DNA from: Azolla caroliniana
Taxonomy: Eukaryota > Plantae > Polypodiophyta
DNA: 64,000 bases
Assembly: GCA_043228905.1 (NCBI GenBank)
Contig: JBHGNT010000016.1
Coordinates: forward strand, 8,494,001-8,558,000
Direction of reading: 5' to 3'
Below are positions 21,769 through 34,100 of this stretch, in pieces. The notes under the pieces are model-generated. The model was not told the DNA's origin. It worked only from the letters and a program-made list of their open reading frames with translations, and did not search any database. Position numbers and translations under genes: made by a program. Every line of letters begins with the position of its first letter. Positions within the stretch are counted from its first letter, which is position 1.

Positions 21769-23251
21769 GTCTTGAGCGGAAGGAGGTCCGGTTCTGCTTA
21801 CCGGCCAGACAGTCGGTACACTTCCCCAAGTGTACGTGCTTTACCGGTATCAGGTTGTCTTCGGCAAGCCTCTTCATCCCCTTCTCGCTCATGTGGCACA
21901 GTCTCTTGTGCCACAGCTCACCGGCAGTGTCAGCTGCCACGTTCAGCTCCTCCGGACATAGCCGGGAATTCATCAGGTACAGTGTGTTGACCTTCCGGGC
22001 CCGAGCCACTATCAGGCTCCCTTTGCTGAACTTCATGACACCGTTCCGGATGCTACCCGTGTAGCCTTCATCGTCTAGCCTCCCGGCCGAAATCAGGTTC
22101 AATCGAACCTCCGGAACGTGTCGGACATCCTTCAGCAGCATCTTGCATCCGGTTGATGTCATCAGCCACACGTCTCCTATGCCGGCAATCCGGCATGTTC
22201 CTTCATTTCCCATCCGGACACAGCCGTTCTCACCGGCTGTGTAGGATGAGAAGTATTTCTTCTCCGGGGTCAGGTGGAACGACGCTCCGGAATCGACCAC
22301 CCAGGTCATCTCTTCACCGGCAAGGTTCAGCTCCCTCTCTTCGGTAATGAGCATTATCTCTTCTTCACTTGCCGCGAGTGCCGTCGTTCCTTTCCGGTCC
22401 TGCCCTCGCCGATCCGGACCTCTCCGGTCCGTGGCTCCCCGGTATGCACCATTTCGCTCCGGTGACTTCTTCGAATCGGTACCGTCGGTTCCGTTGTCTT
22501 TCCGGAAATGCCGACAGTTCTTCTGAAAGTGCCTCGGCTTCCCACAGTAGAAGCATGTAGGTCTTCCCCTCGACTGCGACCATGTCCCCGACTTCTCCCG
22601 TCTTTGCGGACTCCGGTTCCGTTGTCTTCCCCGTTCCGATTCGGTAAGCAGCGCCTTCGAGTCGGAGGCCGGTTCTTTATCTCTCCGACGCGCTTCTTCA
22701 TTTAGAATACTTGTCTTTACCGTTAGTAAAGACAAGTTCTCTTCCTTACAGGAGGTGCTGAGAGTAACTACCAAATTCTCCCAGCTCTCCGGAAGGGTAC
22801 ACATCAGCATGATGGCTTGCATTGCGTCATCCAACGGGAACTTGATCGCCGCAAGCTGGTTCACGAATCCCATGAACGTGCTGACGTGTTCGACCATGCT
22901 CTCGCCGTCCCGGTACTTAAGATTCACTATCTTCCTCATCAGGGAGGTCCGGGTCAGAGCATTCTTCCTCTCATACAGTCCGGACAGCTTCTGCCACATC
23001 TCATAGGCGTTCGTATCGTTCGCCACATGTTGCAGAACACTTACATCGACATATTGCCGGATCGTCGCTACGGCTTTCCGGTTCAGGAGCTTCCACTCCG
23101 ACTCTATTACCCCCTTTGGTATCTCGGCATTGTCGATCGGTTCGTACAGGTCTCGGACGATGAGAAGGTCTTCCATCTTTATCTTCCAGTCGGCGTAGTT
23201 CTGTGAGTTCAACACCATCATGCCCGGAGGCCCACTACCGCCGCCTTCCAT
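21769..23251 (-). CDS. Outer Copia gag-pol, N-terminal part (gag, zinc knuckle, protease, GAG-pre-integrase), interrupted by the nested element
   Basis: NYADWKIKMEDLL, CFYCGKPRHFQKNC, WVVDSGASFH, LWHKRLCHMS. It rejoins 16234-13566 in frame once the inner element and one TSD copy are removed (4152 nt, 1383 aa). Confidence 0.9.
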
Positions 23252-23754
23252 TTTCTGTGTTACCGTCGCTCTGATACCACTTTGTTAAACACAGTGCTCG
23301 GCCACAACCGAGGAATAGGATCAACTCACAGAAAACAGGAAATACAAAATGCACGAAGACAATAGAGAGAAGAGTACACAGGATGTTTTACGTGGAAAAC
23401 CCTAAATGGGAAAAACCACGGGAGTCCTCAAACTCCAACTATCACTATAAACAGAGATGTACAATGGTGAAGCTACAAGGCAACAACCTTGAGCTCACTG
23501 TCTTCGCCACAGGCGGCGGTAATACACAGAGGCAACGACCTCTTCGTCTCTCTCTCTCTCTCTCTCTCTCTCGGCTGCTCACTTAGCTCCCTCTAAGTGG
23601 AGAAACAAAAAAATAAGTAACAGATGCAAAACTGTTTGCCCTAAGTCATATTTATACACATATGACTTTCGGGCTATTTACAAATATGGCCTCAAGGGCC
23701 CTTGGCAAACATATTCGCAAATATGTCCCCGCATCCGGATCTCTCTCCGGGTAC

Positions 23755-23945
23755 ATTCGTCATCCGGCTCCGTAGCCGGGGTCTTCATCATCCGGATCCG
23801 TAGCCGGGTACTCTTCATCCGGCTCCGTAGCCGGGGTCTTCATCATCCGGATCCGTAGCCGGGTACTCTTCATCCGGCTTCATGCCGGGTACTCTTCATC
23901 CTCCGGTTCCGTAACCACAACCGGGCTTGCCGTCATTCATCTCCG
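23755..23945. repeat. Short tandem repeats (~25-30 bp, CATCCGG(C/A)TCCGTAGCCGGG...) in the U3 of the outer Copia 5' LTR
   Basis: About 6 degenerate copies are visible. Confidence 0.85.
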
Positions 23946-24119
23946 GACATCCCATCCGGAGGGACCGAAATCCCAACAGTAGAGTCACCCTTATCATGGT
24001 TACGGCGTACTCTCTAGTCCTTAACCACAATACCCCTTGAGCCGAACCCCGAAGGACTGAGGATTCGGCACCGTCTCACCTTAATTGGTAATAGTCTTGA
24101 CTCACCTAGACCGTTTAGG

Positions 24120-26839
24120 TAGAAGAACTAAAGTTCTTGTATCCTTTCTGTTTGGATGAGTATCCCATGAGGATGCATTTCTTCGACTTCGAGTTGAGCT
24201 TCTGTCATTTTTCGTTGGGGATGTGTATGTACGCAATGCTTCAGAATACTCTCAAATGTGATAGAACCGGCTTTCTTCCAACATATGTCTCATATGGAGT
24301 TAGTTCAGGCACTCCATTAGTGGTACATCGATTTATTAGGTAGACAGTTGTGGAGGCTACTTTGGCCTAGTAGAAATTCAGCATGTGCTTCTCGAGTATT
24401 TGCCAATTTTTCTGTTCAGCCAATCCATTATGTAGTGGTGTGTGTTAGCATGAGAATTCTCTTTAGATTCCCACACCTTTTAGATATGAAGTGAATTTTT
24501 CGGAGAAGTACTCCCTTCCTCCATCTGACCGTTGACACCGAATGTGTTAGCTCGTTTTTTTTTCTACTTGACTTTTGAGGTTTTGGAAGTGGAAAAGCAC
24601 TTCACTCTTCTTTGTCATCAAGAAGATCCACGTGTAGCGTGAGTTGTCATCGATGAAGGTGACATAATACTGGAATCCTCTGATCGTCGGTGTTTGAGCC
24701 GATCCCCATACATCTGAGTGGATTATGTCAAGGAGACCTCGACTTACATATCCATCCTCTGGGAATAGGAATCAATGTTGTTTTCCGAGCTAACATGCTT
24801 CACACACATTGCCGGCTTACTTTGTTTCAAAGGCTAGAAGTCCGAGGACGACTCCGTTTGACTACATAGCCTGAAGCCGTTGGAGGTTGATGTTGCCGAT
24901 TCTCTTGTGCCACAACTCAATATTCATCTCAACCTTGAGACCTTTGGCATACATGACCGATTTTACCTTGTCCGAATCGAGAATAAACATTCAGCCTTCT
25001 CTCCCTCCTTTGGTGATGAGTCAACCCTTCTTTTCTATGAAGCAACCTCCATTGTTGAACCAGGCTTGCATGCCTTGTTCCATGATTTCGCCAGTTGAGA
25101 CCAAATTCTTTGTTATAGTTGGAACACGTGAGACATTCTTAATGCTATTGTTTTTTTCGTCTTTGCTTAATGGAACATCACTGATATTTCGGATGGGGTG
25201 TGTGGTGTCGTCTCACGTCTCCACGTAATCAGGCCGATCGAGTGTGCGTAGGTTGCTAAACCACTCCTCATGGGACATTATGTGATTTGAGGTGCTGAAG
25301 TCGACAACCCAGACATCTTCCGAATTGTAGGTGTTAGTAGAGTTAGATGCTACCATGGAGCTAGCCTTGTGTCGCATGACAAACATTCCGCCGTAGTCTT
25401 CAAAGTCATAGTTGGTGAGTTGCCGCCTTGTGGAAGCCGACTCGGTTCGCTTCTTTCGATACATGTTTCTCCATCCTTGTTTGGCATGGAAGCTCCTCCT
25501 TCTTCCAAATCTCCCACGAATGCTTCCGTCTTACTGCCGAAGGTTTGAGGTACCTTCATCAGATGGGCCGAATCAGCCTCCTTTGCCACCGTGACCTCGT
25601 CCTTTGCCACCATTCGAATTTGAGAAGAACATTTGTCCTTCCAACGTCTTACTCTTGGTTCAGACATGGTTTTCATTAACCAATAGCATTGATTGAAGGT
25701 GGACGAACAAAGGAGGGTATTCTCTCACCAAAATTGTCGTACTTATTGGGACGAACCATTGTGTGAGTCATCCTCTTCCATGTTTATGTTGATGGGGCCA
25801 AGCGAGTCACAAATACTCTTTATCTTGGCATTTTGTGTAATCCTACACAAACATGTCCTTTTGCCGGATGTTGTTTAATTCTTGCTAGAGTTGAAGCTTG
25901 CATGCAGTCGTGTTGGCGGCGAAGATTTTCTTCAAGCTCTCCCACGCTTCTTTAGGCATCCTGGCATCTTGAATGTGTCTAAGCATGTGATGATGGACAG
26001 ATGTTGCCAAACAATACATTACCCAACTTGCTCCTTGCTCCCATGTTGGGTAGTTGGCATTTGTGTTGTCGGGTTTATTTTCGAGTGCGTCATTGATATA
26101 GCTCTAATACCCTTAGTTGACTAGGTATTGGTTCATCGTTTACTCCCATGATGAAAAATTGTTCCGGTCTAGCTTTTCACTAGGGAGAGAGCTACCCATT
26201 TGTACGTTCATGATCATGTAGTGTCTTCCTTTTTAGATTTTCTTCCCTTCATCACGTACACATGCTACGTAGTGGCACTATGGTAATGGATAGCCAGGGT
26301 TGTCGTCGGCATCTCAAACACACAATAATTATGAGATGGATGGGCTTAGTGGATATACTAAACCACACGCTCTGATACCATGTTAATAATTAGGTATTAA
26401 CTAAGGGTTAATTAATATCTAATTATGTGAGTAGTTAATCATGTATGTTATTAAGGAACGGAAGAATATGTGATATGTGAGTGTTTGAGAGAGAGAGAGA
26501 GAGAGGGTAGGGGAGAGAGGGAGAGAGGGAGAGAGAGAGGAAGCTACACTTATGAACAAAATGACAAATGGGGGATGATTAACAAGAGTATAGCTCGAAG
26601 ACCTTTCTCTCTATTAATAAGCATCAAGTTGCAAAAATACCCACAATGAGGTATATATATACATCTCATGTGCAAAGGTGCACATGTCTTATATTAAATG
26701 AAGTTGGGAGTAGGGGATCTAGAATGTATCCCACTTAAGTACAAATAGAAAATCCTATTTAAGGGTTTAAAGTCAACACACTAACTAGATTCTATTTATG
26801 TAACTACTAAGTTACATAGTTGAGCTTGATATCTCAACA
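24120..26839 (-). mobile_element. Degenerate Ty1/Copia 5' half: LTR 26381-26839, PBS 26369-26380, gag-protease-integrase remnants
   Basis: GCTCTGATACCA is adjacent to a TG...CA LTR; WVVDFSTSNHI protease motif. It is homologous to 53870-57060 and 7786-12377. Confidence 0.88.
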
Positions 26840-27520
26840 AGAATATTGCTAGTAGGACAAGGCTCGAGGAGTGAACAATGAAATACCGGGTGAATACACA
26901 AATGGGTAGGTAGATTCAAGAGAAATGCCAAATCATTTACTTTTGTAGAAATCTTGAATGGGCCTAATAATTGATGATCCAATTCATCAAAAGGGTGTGT
27001 TCTTCGCACATGTCGTCGTAGAAGCCATACAAGATCTCCCTCTTGGAAGTTATGTGGAAGTTGATGTTGATCTGCAACTACCTTATGGGATGCTTGAGTG
27101 TGTTCTAGATGGGTCAACACCTCTTCTTGAATATGTCAAATGTGGGACACTCGATCTTTGGCGCCTGGATTAGTTTGAACTTTCAAAAGCTCTAAGAAAT
27201 TTCATTGAGGGTGATGACCTGTATATGCAAAAAATGGAGTGACATTACTGGAAGAGTGGACCGAATTATTGTATGCAAACTCCACGAAATGAAGAATATC
27301 GGCCCCATCATCTTGTTGATAGATGATAAAACAACGAAGATATTGTTCTAAAGTTTGATTCGTATGCTCGGCCTGACCATCTGTTTGTGGATGATAACTT
27401 GAAGAGAGGTTGCAATAGATCTTGAGTAGTGATAATAAATGCTGCCAAAATTCTGAGATGAATTTTGGCCCATGATCACTAATGATGTTATCCGGAAAGC
27501 CACGATGTTGAAAAAATATT
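26840..27520 (-). mobile_element. Tcn1-like Gypsy integrase fragment
   Basis: LSSSYHPQTDGQAEHTNQTLEQYLRCF, EFAYNNSVHSS, GDLVWL...GPFKI...IHPVFHCSLLEP. Confidence 0.85.
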
Positions 27521-28630
27521 TGGGTTTGGGGAGACAAATATTAGGGATGCACTTAGTTCGGGACCGGATAGAGAAGCTGATGTGGTTGTCACAGGAGAAG
27601 TACGTGATAAAGGTGCTTCAACAATTCAACATGTCGGATGCCAAGCCGATTAGGTCAACACTTCCGGCAAATTGCAAATTGTCCGAAAAGCGAAGCCCGA
27701 AGACAAAGGCAGAGAAGTTGAAGATGATGAAGATACCATATGCCTCTGTCGTCAAAAGCTTGATGTACGCAATGGTGTGTACTTGGCCGGATATCAGATA
27801 TTTTGTTAGTGGTGAGCCGGTTCATGAGCAATCCGGGAAGAGAACACTGGACCACGATCAAGTGGATACTTCGGTACTTGAAAGGAACATGAAGCATGTG
27901 CCTTCGATTCAGCTCAAGTAAACCCCAACTTGAAGGGTACACAAATTCAGATATGTGGGCAGACGCTGATACTAGCCGGTCTACATCCGGATATGTGATG
28001 ACTTATGTAGGGGGAGCCGTATCGTGGCAGTCGAGGCTGCAGAAGTCCATTGCATTGTCGACCATCGAAGCGGAGTATGTGGCATCCATGGAAGCTGGCA
28101 AAGAGGTAATTTGGATGAAGGACTTCATCGGAGAGCTAGGGATCTAACAAGAGGAATTTTGGCTCTACTGTGATAGTCAAAGTGCCATCCACCTTGCGAA
28201 GAATGTGGCCTACCACTCATGGTCCAAGCACATCCAGAGGAAATATCACTGGCTTCAGGAGAAGATAGAAGATAAAGAGTTCTTGCTGACGAAGATCCAT
28301 ACGGATGTGAATGGGTCGGACATGCAAACAAAGGTGCTGTCAATCAACAAGCTTGACGTGTGCAGGAGACGGATCGCATTGACAAGACATTCCGTGCTAG
28401 AGTGAAGGGGAAGCTTGTTGGGAATTCGGTCCCTCCGGATGAGACGGATCGGAGGAATCAAACCGGACGGATCCGATGTGAACCGGATCCAGGGGCATAT
28501 CTGTAAATATGTTTGTAGTGTGCATGTCATGGCCATATCTATAAATAGTCCTAAAATCATATAAGGATAAATATGACTTAGGGCAATCACTTTGAGTGGT
28601 CGTTGGTTGTTATCATTATTGTTATACAGA
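27521..28630 (+). mobile_element. Copia RT/RNase H 3' fragment with PPT and LTR start; relative of the outer element 13090-23978
   Basis: KIPYASVVKSLMYAMVCT, SRSTSGYVMTYVGGAVSWQSRLQK; PPT GAGTGAAGGGGAAG followed by TGTTGGGAATTCGGTCCCTCCGGATG, which matches the outer 5' LTR terminus. Confidence 0.88.
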
Positions 28631-29149
28631 GAGAGTGAGAGTGAGAGAAAGAAGAAAGAAAGAAAGATATATTAACGTCTTCTAAGGCCAAATTTGGCCC
28701 ATGAGATAATTGGTTTACAACAAAAATGAGTGTTTATCCAATCATCAAAACTAAAATAAAAGAAAATGGCTTAAGCTAAGAGAGTTCTAGTAGTGTACAA
28801 AACTTTGCACTAAGCCTAATCTCATTTCCACCCAAGTCTCTCAAAAAAAAGTGGGAGGTCAAAAGTTTTTGGTGTGGGTGTGACCCATGGTCCCGATGCA
28901 TAGAGTGCCCTGGCCATGGCTTCTAGGCGGTGTAGTTCACGTTCCCTTATTTTCTTTATTGCTTCTACATCTCGTCGAGTTGCTTTGAAACCCGGCGTCT
29001 AAGGGCGTTTGGTTCTTCTTTGATTTTCTGCTTCATCAAGGAAAAGCCCAAGTGGTGCAGGTGTGTCGACATTCATTGTCTCCCCTTGTTCCTGAAAAAC
29101 TTCATTTGTTACATGTTGGTAAACATTAGCAACATTATTATCAACATTT

Positions 29150-30080
29150 TGTAACTTATTCTCTCTGTGTTGTTTCAATTCTAAGATGTATTTACCTAAT
29201 TTCTTTATATCTAGTGTATCTAATAGTTTAGGGAGGGTGGGAGAGGAACCAAGTATGTCTTGGTATTTTGCCCTTATCTCGGCATAGGTGGGGCATTTGC
29301 ATGTAAAATGGTACTCATCCTCTATCTCTATGTGGCATAACCTACATATCCTTTCCTCCCTAGGGACTCCATTAGTATGTCCATTCTCAATCTCAAGTTG
29401 GTGAGATGATATTCTAAGTTGACCAATGGCAACCCTTAGTGCATGTGGTAAGAATACATCTAGATATCTTGGTTACATGATAAAACCTAACTTAGAGAAG
29501 TGCATAAAGTGTTCCTTATAGTACGAAATTTTAGATGGGAGTGGCTCTAGTGGGGTGATCCATTTATACCAAGTATAAATTTGCCATATTTCTTGGGGTA
29601 TTACTTTATTACGATCCTCATGAGAGATTAAAGTGTTATCAGTCGTGTGGTCGTACTTAAGGGGGGGGAGGTTATTAATGTCTAGACCGTTGGCAAGAAG
29701 CCAACTCACCATCATGCCATACCATGAGCTAGTATAGCCGGACTCATACAGTGCTCGAGAAGCCTTAGGCTTGATGGGATATTCTATCAAGTGGTTGGCT
29801 ATGTATCCTATGGATAAAGACTACAAGTTGAAAAAGTGCTTCTATTAACATAGGGGGTAGAGTGAACTCAGCCCTAATAATGTCATGTGGGACCGACGAT
29901 TTGCTTCGGAGTTGGCGTGATAACATCATCACCAATGGTCTCTCTAATTGCGTCCACATGAAAGATGGTATAAAGTTCACTTAGTTGGATGGAGGAATAG
30001 AATTCATCAATAATGTAAATCATGAAATGTTGATTAGAATAGATTCCTATGTAGACAAGCTTGATTTTCATGTGGTGAAA
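29150..30080 (-). mobile_element. Degenerate LINE ORF2 3' region with C-terminal Cys/His motif
   Basis: Minus-strand translation reads LRISSHQLEIENG...REERICRLCHIEIEDEYHFTCKCPTY. Confidence 0.75.
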
Positions 30081-31170
30081 CGGAGATCCTATGAGGTAAT
30101 TCCTCTTTTTTCGGAGAATTTTTGGAGCTCAACCTAGGGATTTTGGTGTTAAGCGATGCCAATCACTCAAACATTTGCCTAGTTCAAACATTTCCCATGC
30201 TTGAGCATTCACCCCGCTTCCACCGTTCACCTTGAATATTCACCCTCGTTGGTTAAGGTCCCCCATGGTCCCGCTCAAGTAGCACATGCTCGTGCATTTA
30301 TGCGACAAAGTATGGCCACTTGACAATATGTTGAATGCCAACAAATACAAGTGATGTGTACGTTGTGGCTGCTTGACTTGACGATATCTAGAATCCCAAT
30401 GGACACAATACTAAGCAAATGCATGGCCCATTAACTATATGTGAATACGACATGCTTCGCGTGATAGAAATTGCAAGGGACCATGGAAATAAAATGATGA
30501 AGCTTGGAATGGACCCATAAAGTCAATATAATCCAGCAACTTTATCAACCTATAATACCTTAAACCTAGCACATGCAAAGAGAAGGTAACATTATACTTT
30601 AAACCCTAAACCTATAATACTTGAAACTTTATTTCATTTAAAATGATTTGTGCATGGCCAATGCAAAGAGAAGGTAACATTATTTGGCGACTAGGATTGA
30701 TAGGGAATTTGGTGACTCGGATAGGCAGATTATTTGCTAAACTTGGGACACAATAAATTATTATTCTCTTTTAATAAATAAATCCTCGTTACAAAGAGTT
30801 ACAAACCAACCCTCTCTTACATACGGCCAAGATTATGTTTCCAAATAATAGAACAGTTCTCGTTACTATCTCCTCAATGACAGTTACAAACCAACTCTGT
30901 TATCGAAGGCCAAGATTATGTTTCCAAATAATTGAACACTTCTAGTTACTATCTCCTCCATGAGAGCAGTCAATATACGGATTTTATACAATACAAGTAC
31001 AAAAAGAATAAAAAATATAGACAACTCTTCCTGGTCAATATAGCACAAGACTTCTAAATCCTCTTCATTGCTTAGATAACAGTTGCTTCTAAGTGTCAAT
31101 GCTTCTTCTCCTTCTGCTGCCATTTTGCTTAACACTGATCGGGGGATGACGTCCATGTCCTCGTCATGTC

Positions 31171-34100
31171 TCACATTTCTTCAGCATCTCCCAAGACCTC
31201 TCCGCTCGCGGCAAAAGAAAGATGTGGAACAAAACCTCTGCCTCCGAACATCGGGCGCATATATGCATTATCAAATTTTCTCCAGGTGCGGTGCACAGAA
31301 GACAATGCTGCTTTCCTCCATATTGTTAGAAATTTTCCCCTTGAGTTATTGTTCTCTTCAGCTGACGTGTCTTTCCACAAGAGAGGAGCCTGTGTGTCTG
31401 AACTAAACGAGTCTTTCGGACTTGATGGTTCAGAATTGTCGATGAACGACCTGAGATGTGGGGGAAGGATCCTCTGCACTAATGGTTTGGTAAGGAATCC
31501 AAAGACCTTCAGAAGCAGCAGAGTTGAAACAAAAACAGAAAAGTTAATAGAATGATCCTGCTTTACAAATGAATAAATAATTCTATGCCTCTATAATGTG
31601 ACATGAATGCTTAAACACAGAGAAGCAACAATTCAAGAGGAATTATAGAAAAAAAGACTGTTCTAATAAACCAAATCACAAACACATGCATATATGCTTA
31701 ACCTGAATATATTGTTCTGAACATATGCATAACCTGAATGTATTCTTACCAGCATATGCATAACCTGAATGTATTGTTATGAGCATATGCATAACCTGAC
31801 CATATACATAACCTGAATGCATTGTTATGAGCATACACATAACCTGAACGTATTGTTATGAGCATATGCTTAACCTGAAGTTCTATTTTCCTAGACCTGA
31901 AGGCCTTCAATCATGACAAATATGACCACACAATAGCAAGAAACAAACAGCATGCTGAGCATATAGAAAAAAAGACTGCTCTAATAAACCAAAATCACAA
32001 ACACGTGCATATATGCTTAACCTGAATATATTGTTCTGAACATATGCATAACCTGAATGTATTCTTACTAGCATATGCATAACCTGAATGTATTGTTATG
32101 AGCATATGCATAACCTGACCATATACATAACCTGAATGCATTATTATGAGCATACACATAACCTGAACGTATTGTTATGAGCATATGCTTAACCTGAAGT
32201 TCTATTTTCCTGGACCTGAAGGCCTTCAATCATGACAAATATGACCACACAATAGCAAGAAACAAACAGCATGCTGAGCATATAGAAAAAAAGACTGTTC
32301 TAATAAACCAAAATCACAAACACATGCATATATGCTTAACCTGAATATATTGTTCTGAACATATGCATAACCTGAATGTATTCTTACTAGCATATGCATA
32401 ACCTGAATGTATTGTTATGACCATATGCATAACCTGACCATATACAGAACCTGAATGCATTGTTATGAGCATACACATAACCTGAACGTATTGTTATGAG
32501 CATATGCATAACCTGAAGTTCTATTTTCCTGAACCTGAAGGTCTTCAATCATGACAAATATGACCACACAATAGCAAGAAACAAACAGCATGCTGAGCAT
32601 GTGAAATATACGGTATCTAAACTTACCACTGTACTGAAAAGCACAACAATTATGGTGCTTGTGATCATTGTTGCATTGATTGAGCTTGTACCTGTGAACT
32701 GCAAGACAAAACCCATGCATGCTTAGGACAAACTACCATTTCCGACATTACATACAAGACTTGAGAACACAACCTTATTATAGGCCAAGGCAATAGAAAC
32801 AGCCCCTCTCATTAGACCAGCCCACCAGATAATTACCTATATAGAAGAGTAAAAAGTGATTTTCAATTGTAATGTTCAAATGTTTTTAAAGATATATCAA
32901 TGTCACAAAGAAACGCCACAATAGCCTATTGACACCCAATAATGATTACATTTTATAATGTTTCTCATCTTGAAGATATACCAAAAAAAGCAAGAAATAG
33001 AAGCAACACAGAAAAAACCAACAAATACACCACAATCGCTTATCCCACTAAAGAGAACCATAAAACGATAATCTATCTACCTGTTTTCCAGCACTAATCT
33101 TGGTACGGGGACCTTGTTGCAGTAGGTTCGACAAAGCAGATAAGGGAAATACAAACGCTGCCCTTCCAAGCAATACAACAAACATCAGTGTTGCAGAAAG
33201 TCCAGCAGAAGTGGCAGCACTACATATCATAAATGCTCAGTTCTAATCAACTCTACATATTGAAGTTCATGGTAAATTTTTGGAAAAGAAACCATCATTT
33301 TTTATTAAACAGATCTTACCTTACATCTGATCTACTCCACTTGTCTTTATCAAGAGCATCCATCCCAACATAAAGGAATATGAAGGTTTCAGCGATGAAT
33401 GACAGTGTTGCGAATGTGTGCCTGTAGCCATGCCATAAACAACTTAAATATGTTCATAAAAAATCTATTACTCCTCAGAGAATGTTTTTGCACTAACCTT
33501 GTTGTTATCTTTGAGCTTTCTGTTACATTATGCCATGTGTAGTGAGACATAACAATTCCACAGAAAAAAACAGTAAGAATCCCACTGAGGGAAAGCAGCT
33601 GCAAGTACACACATGTTAGCAGGGGAACCACATACCAGACCTCTTGAAAATGAGTAAATAAGTGTGCATGTGTGTGTTTAACAAATTCACCTCAGCAATC
33701 ATGTAAGAAAAGTAAGCCATCAAAATCATTATTGCTATCTCTCGATCAGTTGAATGCCTGCAAATACATGGATTGACTCAAACAAGATAAATACCCAATC
33801 CCACAATTTAAATTGTCCTACTCCTTAAACTCATCCTTGCTATAATGATGTAACTTTTTTGGGACAACCATAAACTCATCCTTCCTGGAATGGTGTAACT
33901 TTTCAAGGTACGTTGCTACTTCCACAAGTTGCTGTACTAGTTCCCAGTGCCCATACTAAATTCATGCCTGAAATTTTACGCATAATAGCCCACACTATTT
34001 TATAACTATTTAAGTCTGATCATAATCCTTTGCAACAATTTCCCAAGGAGTAGACAAATCATAAGACCAAATTTTCCATCGGTCAGGTCATGCAAAAGCC

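Larger units (their letters stand above)
13090..23978 (-). mobile_element. Ty1/Copia (Tnt1/Tork-like) LTR retrotransposon, host of a nested insertion
   Basis: TSD GTAGA (13085-13089 / 23979-23983); 5' LTR 23283-23978; truncated 3' LTR 13090-13649; PBS TGGTATCAGAGC (tRNA-iMet) at 23268-23279. Confidence 0.97.

Noticed and set aside
31644-32600. CRISPR-like periodic repeats
   Set aside because: This is a eukaryotic intron; there are no unique spacers and no cas genes.
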